A DNA stretch of 64,000 bases from Candidatus Kerfeldbacteria bacterium (GTDB lineage: Bacteria > Patescibacteriota > Patescibacteriia > SBBC01): positions 143,461-207,460 of the forward strand of contig JAZDNT010000003.1 in NCBI GenBank assembly GCA_043799405.1, written 5' to 3'. Positions 1-11,340 of this stretch are shown piece after piece. A program made the translations under genes and the position numbers. Within the stretch, counting starts at the first letter, position 1. Every line of letters starts with the position of its first letter. A model generated the notes under the pieces. The model was not told the origin of the DNA and did no database searches. It saw only the letters and a program-made list of their open reading frames with translations.

Positions 1-626
1 GTGACGATACTGGCGGCGAGGTCCGGGTGGACCAGGTTCACGCCAGAATCGATGACAGCTACCGTGACTCCGCTGGCGGTAGACTGAAGGTCCCATGCCT
101 CCGGCGCATCGATATCGGCATCGCTCGTGCCGGCAGTGCCATTGACGATCTGCCCCGTGTTGTTGAGCCCCCACAGATTTGCAAAAGAAGCATCGTTCGG
201 TGTTGTCGCAGTCGCGGTGTACAGGTAGTTCGGTTCGACATATTCTACAAACGGGTCGTTTTTCAGCGCCCTAATTAACTCGTCCGTCGTTTTTGTCCCC
301 GATCGAAGAAGAACGACATTTTGTGGTTTTAGTCTGGCCTTTTCGTGGACAAATTTGACGTTATACCAAAAGGTCAGTGCATACGTATCGTATGGCTGGT
401 CAACGTTTATCTTTCCCCTTTTGAATTTAACCAGGACCTCTCCCTCGACGTAGCTTGGCCGCCTTGATGGCCGGGTCGTCTGCATCGCGATGCTCTGCTT
501 CGTTTCGAGCGGTTGCGGGGACCCTTTCGCTCTTTGTTTGTTCGGGAGGTCTGCGCCGATTGCGAGAGAAGGAAAAACTACAAACAATATCACTGTAAGC
601 AGTAACGATCTACGTTTTTTAATCAT
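1..626 (-). CDS. Subtilisin-like (S8) serine peptidase, N-terminal part; gene runs off the left edge
   Basis: Own translation of the minus strand from ATG 626..624. It gives MIKKRRSLLLTVILFVVFPSLAIGA (signal-peptide-like), then YVEGEVLVKFKRG (propeptide-like), then GVTVAVIDSGVNLVHPDL (subtilase catalytic-Asp motif). The frame stays open to position 1. The ORF is not in the supplied track because it is incomplete. Confidence 0.7.
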   Translation of the reverse strand, partial: MIKKRRSLLLTVILFVVFPSLAIGADLPNKQRAKGSPQPLETKQSIAMQTTRPSRRPSYVEGEVLVKFKRGKINVDQPYDTYALTFWYNVKFVHEKARLKPQNVVLLRSGTKTTDELIRALKNDPFVEYVEPNYLYTATATTPNDASFANLWGLNNTGQIVNGTAGTSDADIDAPEAWDLQSTASGVTVAVIDSGVNLVHPDLAASIV

Positions 627-688
627 GTTACGTGTTGTTCTTCTGATGTTTAGCTTCCTGTGCGCCTAGTACACTATATCACTACGTA

Positions 689-2544
<1,856 letters not shown>

Positions 2545-2572
2545 TTATTCAGTAATAGAGTATATATCGTTG

Positions 2573-3472
2573 CTATGCTTCGAGCGCGGCGCGACTCGCC
2601 GATATCTCCGAGAGATCCTGCGTTATACCAGCTTGGCGCGCCTGGTTGAACGTGAGCGTGAGATCGTCAATGAGATCGCTTGCGGCATCAGAGGCATTCC
2701 GCATCGCGACCATGCGCGCAGCGTGTTCCGAAGCCGTCGATTCGAGCACTGCCTGATACAGTTGCATTTCGATGAGACGCGGCAGGATCGTTTCGAGAAC
2801 CCTGTCCACACTCGGTTCAAAAAGGCACTCGCGGTCGGGGCTACTCTTCTGCTCCTCACGTGCGCCCTGAACATGCCCGAGAGCGGTATCCTGTTCGAGC
2901 GGCAAGAGCTGACGAACCCGAGGTTTCTGGTTTATTGTTGAGACAAAATCGGTATAAGCAAGAATGATGCGGCCAAACGTACCGGAAACAAAATCATCGG
3001 TGATCAGTTTTGCGAGCGGCCGAACCTCATCAGCGGACGTTACGATGTCGGACCGGTCGAAATCCGCAACGTTCGGCATGCCGAGCCTCACGATAAGGCT
3101 TCTCCCGCGTTTTCCGAGCGTAATAGTATCAACCTCGTTCCGGTCGATACCTGACCTATCAAGAAAGTTCTGCAGAGCGTTCAAGAGCAAAGAATTGAAT
3201 CCGCCGACAAGCCCACGATTCGTGGATATGACGACGATCCCGACGCGGCCCTTCGAAACAGCACGCAGGAGCGGGTGCGCCTCCGGTGTCGTACGGGCCC
3301 CAAGCCGCACGAGCATATCCCATGCCCGCAGAGCGTACGCTCGCGTCGAAAGCACCGCCTGTACGGCACGACGCATCTTCGCGGATGATACGAGCTCCAT
3401 CGCCTTCGTCACCTTCTTCGTGCTGCTGACGGAGCGTATCCGACGTCGTATCTCGCGTGTTGAATTCGGCAT
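2573..3472 (-). CDS. atpG: F1 ATP synthase subunit gamma
   Basis: 299 aa. N-terminus is IRRRIRSVSSTKKVTKAMELVSSAKMRRA and C-terminus is LTLTFNQARQAGITQDLSEI, both typical of gamma. Confidence 0.93.
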   Translation of the reverse strand: MPNSTREIRRRIRSVSSTKKVTKAMELVSSAKMRRAVQAVLSTRAYALRAWDMLVRLGARTTPEAHPLLRAVSKGRVGIVVISTNRGLVGGFNSLLLNALQNFLDRSGIDRNEVDTITLGKRGRSLIVRLGMPNVADFDRSDIVTSADEVRPLAKLITDDFVSGTFGRIILAYTDFVSTINQKPRVRQLLPLEQDTALGHVQGAREEQKSSPDRECLFEPSVDRVLETILPRLIEMQLYQAVLESTASEHAARMVAMRNASDAASDLIDDLTLTFNQARQAGITQDLSEISASRAALEA

Positions 3473-3484
3473 AGTACGATTCCC

Positions 3485-3865
3485 TTACGAGAGCAGTCTC
3501 CGCGCGTCAACAGCGATAGCCATGACCGCAAGGAGCGCAGTGACCATCATGACTATCCAGCGGAATCCGAACAGTTCAATCGATTGAAATCCGGGGATAA
3601 TGACGTTGATGAACGCCACCGTAATGACGAGCGTGCGGAGTCCGCCGAGATTGCGCGTGTACCGCTCGATAACGTACGATGTCCGCCTGAACGGAATGAA
3701 GAAGAGTGCGAAAAAGATGAGCGATACGCAGTAGACGAACGGAACGACGATCCCGGAGAACGTCCCCTGTGCGATCGCGGGAAGCGTAAGCGCGAGTACC
3801 AGTACATCAAGCGTCAGCTGGCGCCCGATATCGCTCGTGGAATCCGTTATGCTACTTCGCCCCAT
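3485..3865 (-). CDS. Small multi-pass membrane protein of unknown function, inserted between atpA and atpG
   Basis: 126-aa ORF with 3-4 hydrophobic helices. Its start overlaps the atpA stop by 14 nt and it ends 13 nt before the atpG start, so it sits inside the operon. I recognise no family. Confidence 0.55.
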   Translation of the reverse strand: MGRSSITDSTSDIGRQLTLDVLVLALTLPAIAQGTFSGIVVPFVYCVSLIFFALFFIPFRRTSYVIERYTRNLGGLRTLVITVAFINVIIPGFQSIELFGFRWIVMMVTALLAVMAIAVDARRLLS

Positions 3866-5372
3866 GGTTGAATTGCGTTATGAACTCATCGAGTTCTTTC
3901 TTGAGCGCTGCCTCGGTCTTCTCGTCGAGCTCCTTCGATGCGGCGATCGTTTTCAGGGTTTTTGCTCCTGATGTATCCATGAAGTGCCGGAGCTGCGATT
4001 CGAACTCGCTCACCCGTTCTACGGGAACCGCATCCAGGTAACCGTTGGTGACGGCATAGAGTATCGTGACCTGATGTTCAACCGGGATCGGTTTGTACTG
4101 GCCTTGCTTTAAGACCTCGCTCGTCCTCTGTCCCCGCTCGAGCTGCTTTCGGGTCGTTTCGTCGAGGTCAGAACCGAACTGCGCGAATGCCGCGAGTTCC
4201 CGGTACTGGGCAAGGTCGAGCCTGAGCTTCCCGGCGACCTTCTTCATGGCTTTGGTCTGGGCTTTCGATCCGACGCGGGACACCGAGAGGCCGACGTTGA
4301 GCGCTGGCCGCTGTCCCTGGTAGAACAGGTCGCTCTCGAGGTAGATCTGGCCGTCAGTGATGGAGATGACGTTCGTCGGAATGTATGCGGAAACGTCTCC
4401 AGCTTGCGTTTCGATGATCGGAAGCGCCGTGAGGCTCCCGCCGCCTACCGATGTGTCCATCTTCGCTGCCCGTTCCAGTAGCCGAGAGTGGAGGTAAAAA
4501 ATGTCTCCGGGGTATGCCTCGCGTCCGGGCGGCCTTCGGAGGAGAAGCGAGACCTGACGGTATGCCCACGCATGCTTCGAAAGGTCGTCGTACACGATGA
4601 GCGCGTCCTTTCCTTTATCCATGAAGTACTCGCCCATGGCGCATCCGGCGTACGGCGCAATGAACGAGAGCGCCGCCGGATCCGATGCGCCCGCCATGAC
4701 GATAATGGTATTCTTTAACGCCCCCTCTTCCTCGAGCTTCGCGACCATGCGGGCGACCTTCGATTCCTTCTGCCCGATCGCGACGTAGATGCACGTTAGG
4801 TCCTTGTCCTTCTGGTTGATGATCGTATCGATCGCTAACGCCGTCTTTCCGGTCTGACGGTCTCCGATGATGAGCTCGCGCTGCCCGCGGCCTATGGGAA
4901 TGAGCGCGTCGATCGCTTTGATGCCGGTCTGCACCGGCGTGTCGACGGACTTGCGCTGTATGACGCCCGGAGCGATCTTCTCGATCGGGTACCGGGTCGT
5001 CGTTTTGATCGACCCTTTACCGTCGAGCGGCTCGCCGAGCGGATTCACGACGCGACCGACGAGCGGCTCGCCGACAGGAACGTCAAAGATGCGGCCAGTC
5101 GCCTTAACCGTGTCACCCTCATGGATCGTCGTAACGTCGCCGAGCACCATTGCGCCGACGCTGTCCTCCTCGAGGTTCAGGACGACGCCGAATACGCCGC
5201 TCGGGAACTCGACCATTTCGGACGCCTTTACCTTGCTTAAACCCGTCATGCGGGCGATTCCGTCGCCGACTTCGGTGACGTGCCCGATGTGTTCAACGGC
5301 CGGATCGCTCCTGAATCCCTCGATTTCCTTGCGGAGCGCTTCGACAATAAGATCTTTGTGCTTCGTGGTCAT
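3852..5372 (-). CDS. atpA: F1 ATP synthase subunit alpha
   Basis: 506 aa with Walker [10 protein letters not shown] and conserved blocks [30 protein letters not shown] and [24 protein letters not shown]. Confidence 0.97.
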   Translation of the reverse strand: MTTKHKDLIVEALRKEIEGFRSDPAVEHIGHVTEVGDGIARMTGLSKVKASEMVEFPSGVFGVVLNLEEDSVGAMVLGDVTTIHEGDTVKATGRIFDVPVGEPLVGRVVNPLGEPLDGKGSIKTTTRYPIEKIAPGVIQRKSVDTPVQTGIKAIDALIPIGRGQRELIIGDRQTGKTALAIDTIINQKDKDLTCIYVAIGQKESKVARMVAKLEEEGALKNTIIVMAGASDPAALSFIAPYAGCAMGEYFMDKGKDALIVYDDLSKHAWAYRQVSLLLRRPPGREAYPGDIFYLHSRLLERAAKMDTSVGGGSLTALPIIETQAGDVSAYIPTNVISITDGQIYLESDLFYQGQRPALNVGLSVSRVGSKAQTKAMKKVAGKLRLDLAQYRELAAFAQFGSDLDETTRKQLERGQRTSEVLKQGQYKPIPVEHQVTILYAVTNGYLDAVPVERVSEFESQLRHFMDTSGAKTLKTIAASKELDEKTEAALKKELDEFITQFNHGAK

Positions 5373-5375
5373 ACG

Positions 5376-5762
5376 TTACATTTCGCTAATGAGAAGTTGT
5401 TTCTTAAGACTTAGTAGTCGCGACCGGACCGACCCGTCGATCAGTTCATCGCCGTGTTCGATCACCGCGCCTCCTATGAGGGATGGATCGTGCATGGTTG
5501 TGACGATATCCGTATCACCAATGACCGAACGGATCATCGCTTCATCAACGGTGGTTGCTGTTGATATTTTAAAACGACTGACCCCCATGCGAGCATCAAT
5601 AAGGCCTCCTACGATTCTAACGATCGCAGGAAGGAGCTTTCGCTGCCGCCTGCGTTCAAGGGTTACGATAAAACGCTTCGTGAACGCTTCAAGCTCCCCT
5701 TCGGGAACCTCGAGCGCTCCCGCAACGTATGCTTCAGCGAACTGGCGCGGACTAAGACGCAT
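5376..5762 (-). CDS. atpH: F1 ATP synthase subunit delta (OSCP), short form
   Basis: The C-terminal block DPSLIGGAVIEHGDELIDGSVRSRL is typical of delta. The ORF opens at 5789, but M10 (5762) is the more likely start. Either start overlaps the upstream HD-domain gene. Confidence 0.8.
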   Translation of the reverse strand: MRLSPRQFAEAYVAGALEVPEGELEAFTKRFIVTLERRRQRKLLPAIVRIVGGLIDARMGVSRFKISTATTVDEAMIRSVIGDTDIVTTMHDPSLIGGAVIEHGDELIDGSVRSRLLSLKKQLLISEM

Positions 5763-6249
5763 GCGATTCGTGCTGGGCTGAAGGCCCATAGATAAAGTTG
5801 CGCAACTTCTTCTTGGTGTATCGAATGAGACTCCACACGCCGTCGGTCAACCAGACGACGTTGTCCGCCATCCAGACGATCCAGGCCTCCTTCGACCGCG
5901 GCCTGCCGCGAACGTAGAGCCACATGTGCGTCTCGATGGCCCTGATGACCGCTTCGGGCTCGCCGATGCCGCGCGCATTGGCGGCGGAAATTTTATAGTG
6001 GTGGATGTTGGCTCCGGCGCGGTTCTGGTGCTCGTCACGGTTCTCAAAAAACCAGTCATGGAGCAGTCCGGCGCGGGCGCATATGCGCGCATTGGCGTTT
6101 AAAAGGCGCGCGACAACGTACGAGAACCTCGCGGCCGCGAGCGAGTGCTCGAGCCGGTTGACAGCGAAGTGGTGCGCCTTGCGGCGAGCAAGGCGCTGGA
6201 TGTCGCGGTTCTGAAGGAGGTCGAAGGTGTATTCGTCGAAACGCCTCAT
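5752..6249 (-). CDS. HD-domain (metal-dependent phosphohydrolase-like) protein inserted between atpF and atpH
   Basis: 165 aa with H...HD spacing (NRLEHSLAAARF ... AGLLHDWFF) and a later HH pair (ANIHHYK). Its 5' end overlaps the atpF stop codon by 4 nt, and its 3' end is overlapped by the atpH start. Confidence 0.7.
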   Translation of the reverse strand: MRRFDEYTFDLLQNRDIQRLARRKAHHFAVNRLEHSLAAARFSYVVARLLNANARICARAGLLHDWFFENRDEHQNRAGANIHHYKISAANARGIGEPEAVIRAIETHMWLYVRGRPRSKEAWIVWMADNVVWLTDGVWSLIRYTKKKLRNFIYGPSAQHESHAS

Positions 6250-6752
6250 CGCGGGCCTTTCACGCGCCGTAGCGTGTCATGAATGAGTTCTTGTTCAGTA
6301 TCAGGATTCAGCTTGATCCGGATGACCTTTTCAGCACCGGCAACGACAAGGTTCGCGATATCCTCTTTCGCGTCCGCGACGATGGTATCCTTCATCCGCG
6401 TGACGTCCTTGCGCGCCGCTTCGATCATCGCGGCTGTTTCCGCCTTCGTCTGCTGCTTGCTCTGCTCAGTGAACGTTGCAGCGTCTTTGGTTGCTGACTC
6501 GACGATCGTATGCGCCTCTGCACGGGCGTTCCCTAGCACTGTCTCACGCTCCTGCTCGAGAGCGCCGAGTCGTTCCTCGATCTTTTTAGCATCGACGAGG
6601 CTCTTCTCGACCGTGGCACGACGACGCTCAAGCATCGAGAGTATGGGTTTGTACGCAAAGCGTTTCAACACCCAGAAGAGGATGGCGAAGTTAATCACCT
6701 GCGCGATCAGAAGCTTCCAGTCAATACCGAGTTTTGAGAATAATTCGTTCAT
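6246..6752 (-). CDS. atpF: Fo ATP synthase subunit b
   Basis: 168 aa with an N-terminal membrane anchor (LLIAQVINFAILFWVLKRFAYKPI) followed by a long charged helix. Confidence 0.85.
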   Translation of the reverse strand: MNELFSKLGIDWKLLIAQVINFAILFWVLKRFAYKPILSMLERRRATVEKSLVDAKKIEERLGALEQERETVLGNARAEAHTIVESATKDAATFTEQSKQQTKAETAAMIEAARKDVTRMKDTIVADAKEDIANLVVAGAEKVIRIKLNPDTEQELIHDTLRRVKGPR

Positions 6753-6827
6753 AACATTTGACGTTTAACGTTTGACATTTGACCGGTCGTTCCCGTTAAA
6801 AGTCAAATGTCAATGGTCAAATGTTCT

Positions 6828-7070
<243 letters not shown>

Positions 7071-7097
7071 CTAGTTAATAGTAACGTATAAGTAAAG

Positions 7098-7910
7098 TTA
7101 GTGCCCATGCTCCATCTCGGTCGTTGCGACCTTGAGGAACACGAGGGTCAGTATTGCGAAGATGAACGCCTGGATGAGGCCGACGAAGAGCTCGATGAAC
7201 ATGAATGGGAGCGGCAAAACGAATGGCATGAGGTACGAGATGACGATGAGGAGGACCTCGCCGGCGAAGATGTTGCCGAACAACCGGAACGACAGCGAGA
7301 TGATGCGCGAGATCTCCGAGACGAGCTCGATGAAACCGACGAACGTGAAAATCGGGTTCTTGCTGATGTTGAAGAACTTTTTGAGGTACTTGAACAGCGA
7401 TATCGTGACGATCCCGAAGAACTCGACGGCGAAGAACGAGATGAGCGACAGCGCGACCGTGACGTTGAGATCCGCGTTCGTCGATCGTAGCAGGGGTACA
7501 GCGACCTTCTCGCCGTGTTCGAGCGTTGTTACCATGATCGACCCGACGCCCGGTAGTATTCCGAACCAGTTCGAGATGAGGATAAAGATGAAGAACGTGA
7601 ACACGAGCGGGAAGAAACGGAGCGACTGCTGCCGGTCGCCGGTGATCGTATCCATGAGATTGAGCGCCGCTTCCATGATGTACTCTGCGACGTTCTGCAG
7701 CCCCTTCGGAATGGTACGAACCTTCTTCGAGATCTTCGCTGCCAGAACTGCAAGAACAATAATGCTCACGAGTGACATGATATACGTGTTCGTCACCGGG
7801 AAACTCCCGATGTGACCGACCGGCTCAGCGGCGAGCGAAACCGCGATACCCGACGATTCGTGCGTAGCGGGAGTCGTTACTTCTGCGGTGCTATCGGTAA
7901 CCGTATTCAT
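7098..7910 (-). CDS. atpB: Fo ATP synthase subunit a
   Basis: 270 aa, polytopic, with the conserved SLSFRLFGNIFAGE motif containing the essential Arg. Confidence 0.9.
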   Translation of the reverse strand: MNTVTDSTAEVTTPATHESSGIAVSLAAEPVGHIGSFPVTNTYIMSLVSIIVLAVLAAKISKKVRTIPKGLQNVAEYIMEAALNLMDTITGDRQQSLRFFPLVFTFFIFILISNWFGILPGVGSIMVTTLEHGEKVAVPLLRSTNADLNVTVALSLISFFAVEFFGIVTISLFKYLKKFFNISKNPIFTFVGFIELVSEISRIISLSFRLFGNIFAGEVLLIVISYLMPFVLPLPFMFIELFVGLIQAFIFAILTLVFLKVATTEMEHGH

Positions 7911-8191
7911 TTCTTAGGTGTAGTGTTCTTTGATGCGTCAGTGACGCGGGAGATTATCTTCTTGAGGCGCACAACGAGGAGAAAGACGGAGAGGACGATT
8001 GAGACGAGGACGCTTCCGAGGAACAGCCAGGGCGTCGTGCCGAAGTGCCGGTCGAGGAACCGTCCGAGAATGCCGAGCACGACGAGCGGCATGACCACGA
8101 CGATCCCAAAGTCCCAGGCGAACCCGAGCGCCTGCAGGATCATCCCCCTCTGCCCGTTCTGTTCCGGCTGTTTCGGATTCTCGTCGGTCAT
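7907..8191 (-). CDS. AtpZ/AtpI-like small membrane protein, first gene of the atp operon
   Basis: 94 aa with two hydrophobic helices. It overlaps the atpB start by 4 nt. Position and size match AtpZ/AtpI-type proteins. Confidence 0.6.
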   Translation of the reverse strand: MTDENPKQPEQNGQRGMILQALGFAWDFGIVVVMPLVVLGILGRFLDRHFGTTPWLFLGSVLVSIVLSVFLLVVRLKKIISRVTDASKNTTPKK

Positions 8192-8593
8192 GAGCGATTC
8201 ATAAAATGGGACTCGCTAGCTATGGTCTCCGCTATCCAATCCCCCCTGGAATGTCGGTCCCGTCTCCGGATTATCAGAAACGAAGTGTCCATTTTCAACC
8301 ATCTTTTTGCTTTATTTTTGCGCCTACATTCTACGTAAATTTGCCCTTTTCTGCAAGGGCGAAAACAAGAAATGGCTAAGGTTAGCCCCGTTAGAGATAA
8401 ACAAACAAATAATGTTCGATGTTTTATAACACCAACACACCCCTGCGGCATAATACGACATGAAATACAGCGCGGGTTTAAACCCGCGCTGTATTTGTTG
8501 CTGTCTCACCTCTAACGGGGTTAGGGATTTTCCTTTATCACCCTGAGCATAATCGAGGGGTAACAGATATTTCACAATTGGGCAGCAAACAGT

Positions 8594-9415
8594 TTATTTT
8601 TCGACTTTTTGAGAAATCAACCGTAGTAACAACCCAGAAAGATACAAAAAAGCTTCGGTATCTTCCTGCTCAGGGATAAATTCATCACGACCGGAGTGCC
8701 TACCAAATTCTTTGCTTAATTCTCTATAATAATGCAATATATTTTTCCAGTAATCATTTAATTTCAATTTTGTAACTAGCTCTTCAAAATGACGATCAAA
8801 ATACTTTTCTCCTACAATTTTTTTCGATAGTTCTTCAACTGCTTGATAAGCATTGATAATTGCATCTTTCCTTTTTACAGGATCATTAAGAGATAATGAA
8901 TAATTGTTTAACGCATTTTTATATAATGTCGAACTTTTAATATTTTCACGAATCATTTCAATGGTTTCTTTAATAAGATGTACATCAAGCGTTTGGTCGC
9001 CAACAAGAAAATATCTTCCCTTCCTCCATGCTAGTCCTAGACGGGATAAAATTTCTATTTGAACTTTATTGATATTATCAATTGTTTTTTTATAACTCGG
9101 AAATCTCGAATATACTTTTTCGATAACCTTTAGGGTGTTGTGAAAATCATGATTGATTAATGAATTTATCGATGGTCGAGAATCGGGATCATTAACAAAT
9201 ACTTTCTGTCTATTGTATAAAGCAATAACTTCGCTTGGTTGGAGAGATAAACAAAGACAAATGTCATCAAAAATTGTACCTCTTTCATAATACCAACCGA
9301 TTTGTTGATCGATCACATCAAATAAATGATGACTAAACTGAACGATATAATCATTCTTTAATTCTCCCGCATTGACTCCGATACCAAGTCTTGTGGCGAA
9401 ATCAAATACACCCAT
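8594..9415 (-). CDS. Hypothetical protein encoded by a strongly AT-rich, likely acquired gene
   Basis: 273-aa uninterrupted ORF, soluble and helical. One 60-nt line inside it (8881-8940) has 13 G+C by my count, far below the flanking genes. I recognise no family with confidence. Confidence 0.6.
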   Translation of the reverse strand: MGVFDFATRLGIGVNAGELKNDYIVQFSHHLFDVIDQQIGWYYERGTIFDDICLCLSLQPSEVIALYNRQKVFVNDPDSRPSINSLINHDFHNTLKVIEKVYSRFPSYKKTIDNINKVQIEILSRLGLAWRKGRYFLVGDQTLDVHLIKETIEMIRENIKSSTLYKNALNNYSLSLNDPVKRKDAIINAYQAVEELSKKIVGEKYFDRHFEELVTKLKLNDYWKNILHYYRELSKEFGRHSGRDEFIPEQEDTEAFLYLSGLLLRLISQKVEK

Positions 9416-9420
9416 ATCGT

Positions 9421-10491
9421 TTACTCTAGGTTCGGCTTCTCCAGTTGCATCGGCTCGATCTCACTTTCGGTTTCCGCGATCTTTACGACGTCCTTGTCGA
9501 TCTTCTTAAACTCCTTGTAGGCAAAGTTGTACTGGTTCACGGTCGTACCGAGCGAATTGCCGAGCTTTTGTAAGTATCCGTCGTAACTCTGCAGGTGCTT
9601 TGCCAACACTTCGACGTTCTTCCGGATCTCTTTAGCCGACTCTTCTATCTGCATTGCGCGGAGTCCCTGCAATACCGTCTGCAAATACGCGAAGAACGAC
9701 GTCGGCGAAACGATAATGACGTGCTTTTCCTTGAACGCGTAGTCAATGAGGTCGCGAGATGATACGCCGGCTCCGCCGACCTTGTTCACGAGCAAATCGT
9801 AGTACAGCCCTTCAGCCGGAATGAACATGAACGCGAAGTCCATCGTCTTTTCGGCGGGCCGGATGTACTTCGAGGTTTCATCAATGCGGTTCTTCAGGTC
9901 CTGCTTGAACTGCTTTTCGCTCGCGTCGTGGTCAGCACCGGGCGAAAGCTCTGCCATGCGGTTGTAATTCTCGAGGCTGAACTTCGCGTCGACCGGAATG
10001 ATCTTGTCCTGTATGAATATCGCGGCGTCGACGATTTCGCCGTCCCTGAACTTGTACTGAAGCTTGTAGTTCTTCGGTGGAAGCACGTTCTTCAGTACCG
10101 TTTCCAGATAGTATTCTCCAAGCACGCCGCGCTGTTTCGGGTTATTGAGCGTATCCTGCAGACGTTTCAGCTGATCCGCGAAGTTAACGACCTGCCGGTT
10201 CGTCTCATCAAGCTTCGTAAGCCTCTCGGTCACCTCACGGACGATCTTCGTGCTCTCGCCGAGCTGCGACTGAACGCTCTGCTGGACCGCCTGCGTGTGC
10301 CGGTCGAGCTTCTCGTGGATCGCCTTATTCGTCTCATCGAGCCGTGTCTGCATCCCCTGCAGGTTCTGGTTCAGGAGGACGAACGAATTGCTGTCCTCGC
10401 TCTTCGTAAGGTCGCGCATGCGGCGGTTTATGACCGCGATCGCTAACCCGAGCCCTACAACGAGAATGATGATGATAACGACGAGGTCCAT
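9421..10491 (-). CDS. rmuC: DNA recombination protein RmuC
   Basis: 356 aa with an N-terminal TM helix, a long coiled coil, and a C-terminal nuclease-like block (PVDAKFSLENY ... FMFIPAEGLYY ... VIIVSPTSFFAYLQ), as in RmuC. Confidence 0.85.
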   Translation of the reverse strand: MDLVVIIIILVVGLGLAIAVINRRMRDLTKSEDSNSFVLLNQNLQGMQTRLDETNKAIHEKLDRHTQAVQQSVQSQLGESTKIVREVTERLTKLDETNRQVVNFADQLKRLQDTLNNPKQRGVLGEYYLETVLKNVLPPKNYKLQYKFRDGEIVDAAIFIQDKIIPVDAKFSLENYNRMAELSPGADHDASEKQFKQDLKNRIDETSKYIRPAEKTMDFAFMFIPAEGLYYDLLVNKVGGAGVSSRDLIDYAFKEKHVIIVSPTSFFAYLQTVLQGLRAMQIEESAKEIRKNVEVLAKHLQSYDGYLQKLGNSLGTTVNQYNFAYKEFKKIDKDVVKIAETESEIEPMQLEKPNLE

Positions 10492-10539
10492 GCACCTATC
10501 CTAGCATGTTCGAGGGTCGTATTGAAGTCCCAATTTCCC

Positions 10540-10568
10540 TTGACGAACAGTAGCCGTGGTGGTACTGT
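10540..10568 (+). promoter_or_regulatory. Candidate sigma70-type promoter (CTTGACG-N17-TACTGT)
   Basis: TTGACG at 10540-10545, a 17-nt spacer, then TACTGT at 10563-10568, upstream of the plus-strand two-ORF cassette. The same CTTGACG -35 context recurs at 29549 and 42690. Confidence 0.3.
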
Positions 10569-10700
10569 GCGTAGTCTCACAAGGATTTTTTGCTCGTTCT
10601 AGCACCAATACCACTGATGCGCCTCGTTTAGGTACGGAGCGCTGATCTGATAGGTACGGATTCGTGGCTTTACACATCGTACGGCAGAGGAGGTACACGG

Positions 10701-10988
10701 ATGTATGGGATGAAGGAACGGATTGCGACCATAGAACGCATGCTCAAACGCATGTGCGAAAATGGCGATATCGACAGCGAACAAGCTGCGATCTACGAGC
10801 GGCGACTCGTCAACCTCGCCGTCGATGCCAGTACGCCCAGCCGTCACCACCAGTTCTACACCCACGAAGTGCTGGTTCGGGCGGTCTTCAACGGCTGCGG
10901 CGACGAAGTCATCCGACACGCACTGGAGTACAACTGGGAGGAAGCGCTCGTACCAGTAGATCCTGAACCGGAACGTGCCCCCGCGTAG
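10701..10988 (+). CDS. Hypothetical small protein (95 aa)
   Basis: The ORF is preceded by a strong SD (AGAGGAGGT, 6 nt before the ATG). The sequence looks helical and non-repetitive. The overlapping minus-strand ORF 10599..10991 has no SD and poorer composition. Confidence 0.45.
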   Translation: MYGMKERIATIERMLKRMCENGDIDSEQAAIYERRLVNLAVDASTPSRHHQFYTHEVLVRAVFNGCGDEVIRHALEYNWEEALVPVDPEPERAPA

Positions 10989-11039
10989 CAACGCTGTTAC
11001 ACAACGATCAGTCCTTAACGGACGAAACAGGGAGACGAC

Positions 11040-11312
11040 ATGCCTCGACTGACCATTCCGCGTTCCATGATCGAGCGCTTCATCGCCTCACACGAGATCT
11101 CGGAGGAGGACCGGGCGATCCTGCGCTGGCGGCTCGGCCATATGGTCGGCATCGGCGAGGAAGAGAGTTTCTTCATCGAAGACGCCTCGGGTGTCCTCTG
11201 CGAGGGCTTCCCGGACCTGCAACAGGTCGTCCTCGAGACGGACTGGGTCGCCTTCACGGCAAGTCAGGCGCCACTGCGCCTGACTACGGCAGCATCACTG
11301 GCGGAGGGCTAA
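11040..11312 (+). CDS. Hypothetical small protein (90 aa)
   Basis: The ORF has an SD (GGGAG, 6 nt before the ATG) and is followed by a hairpin at 11341-11373. No family recognised. Confidence 0.45.
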   Translation: MPRLTIPRSMIERFIASHEISEEDRAILRWRLGHMVGIGEEESFFIEDASGVLCEGFPDLQQVVLETDWVAFTASQAPLRLTTAASLAEG

Positions 11313-11340
11313 CCGTCCTGCAACAGCGGGACACCAAACG

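Noticed and set aside
4867-5781. 304-aa plus-strand ORF antisense to atpA/atpH
   Set aside because: It is Ser/Pro/Thr/Arg-rich low-complexity sequence, entirely opposite two strongly conserved ATP synthase genes. This is typical high-GC antisense ORF noise.
8188-8575. Minus-strand ORFs 8188..8451 and 8324..8575 upstream of the atp operon
   Set aside because: They overlap IR and palindrome structures, are Cys/Arg-rich, and have no SD or family similarity.
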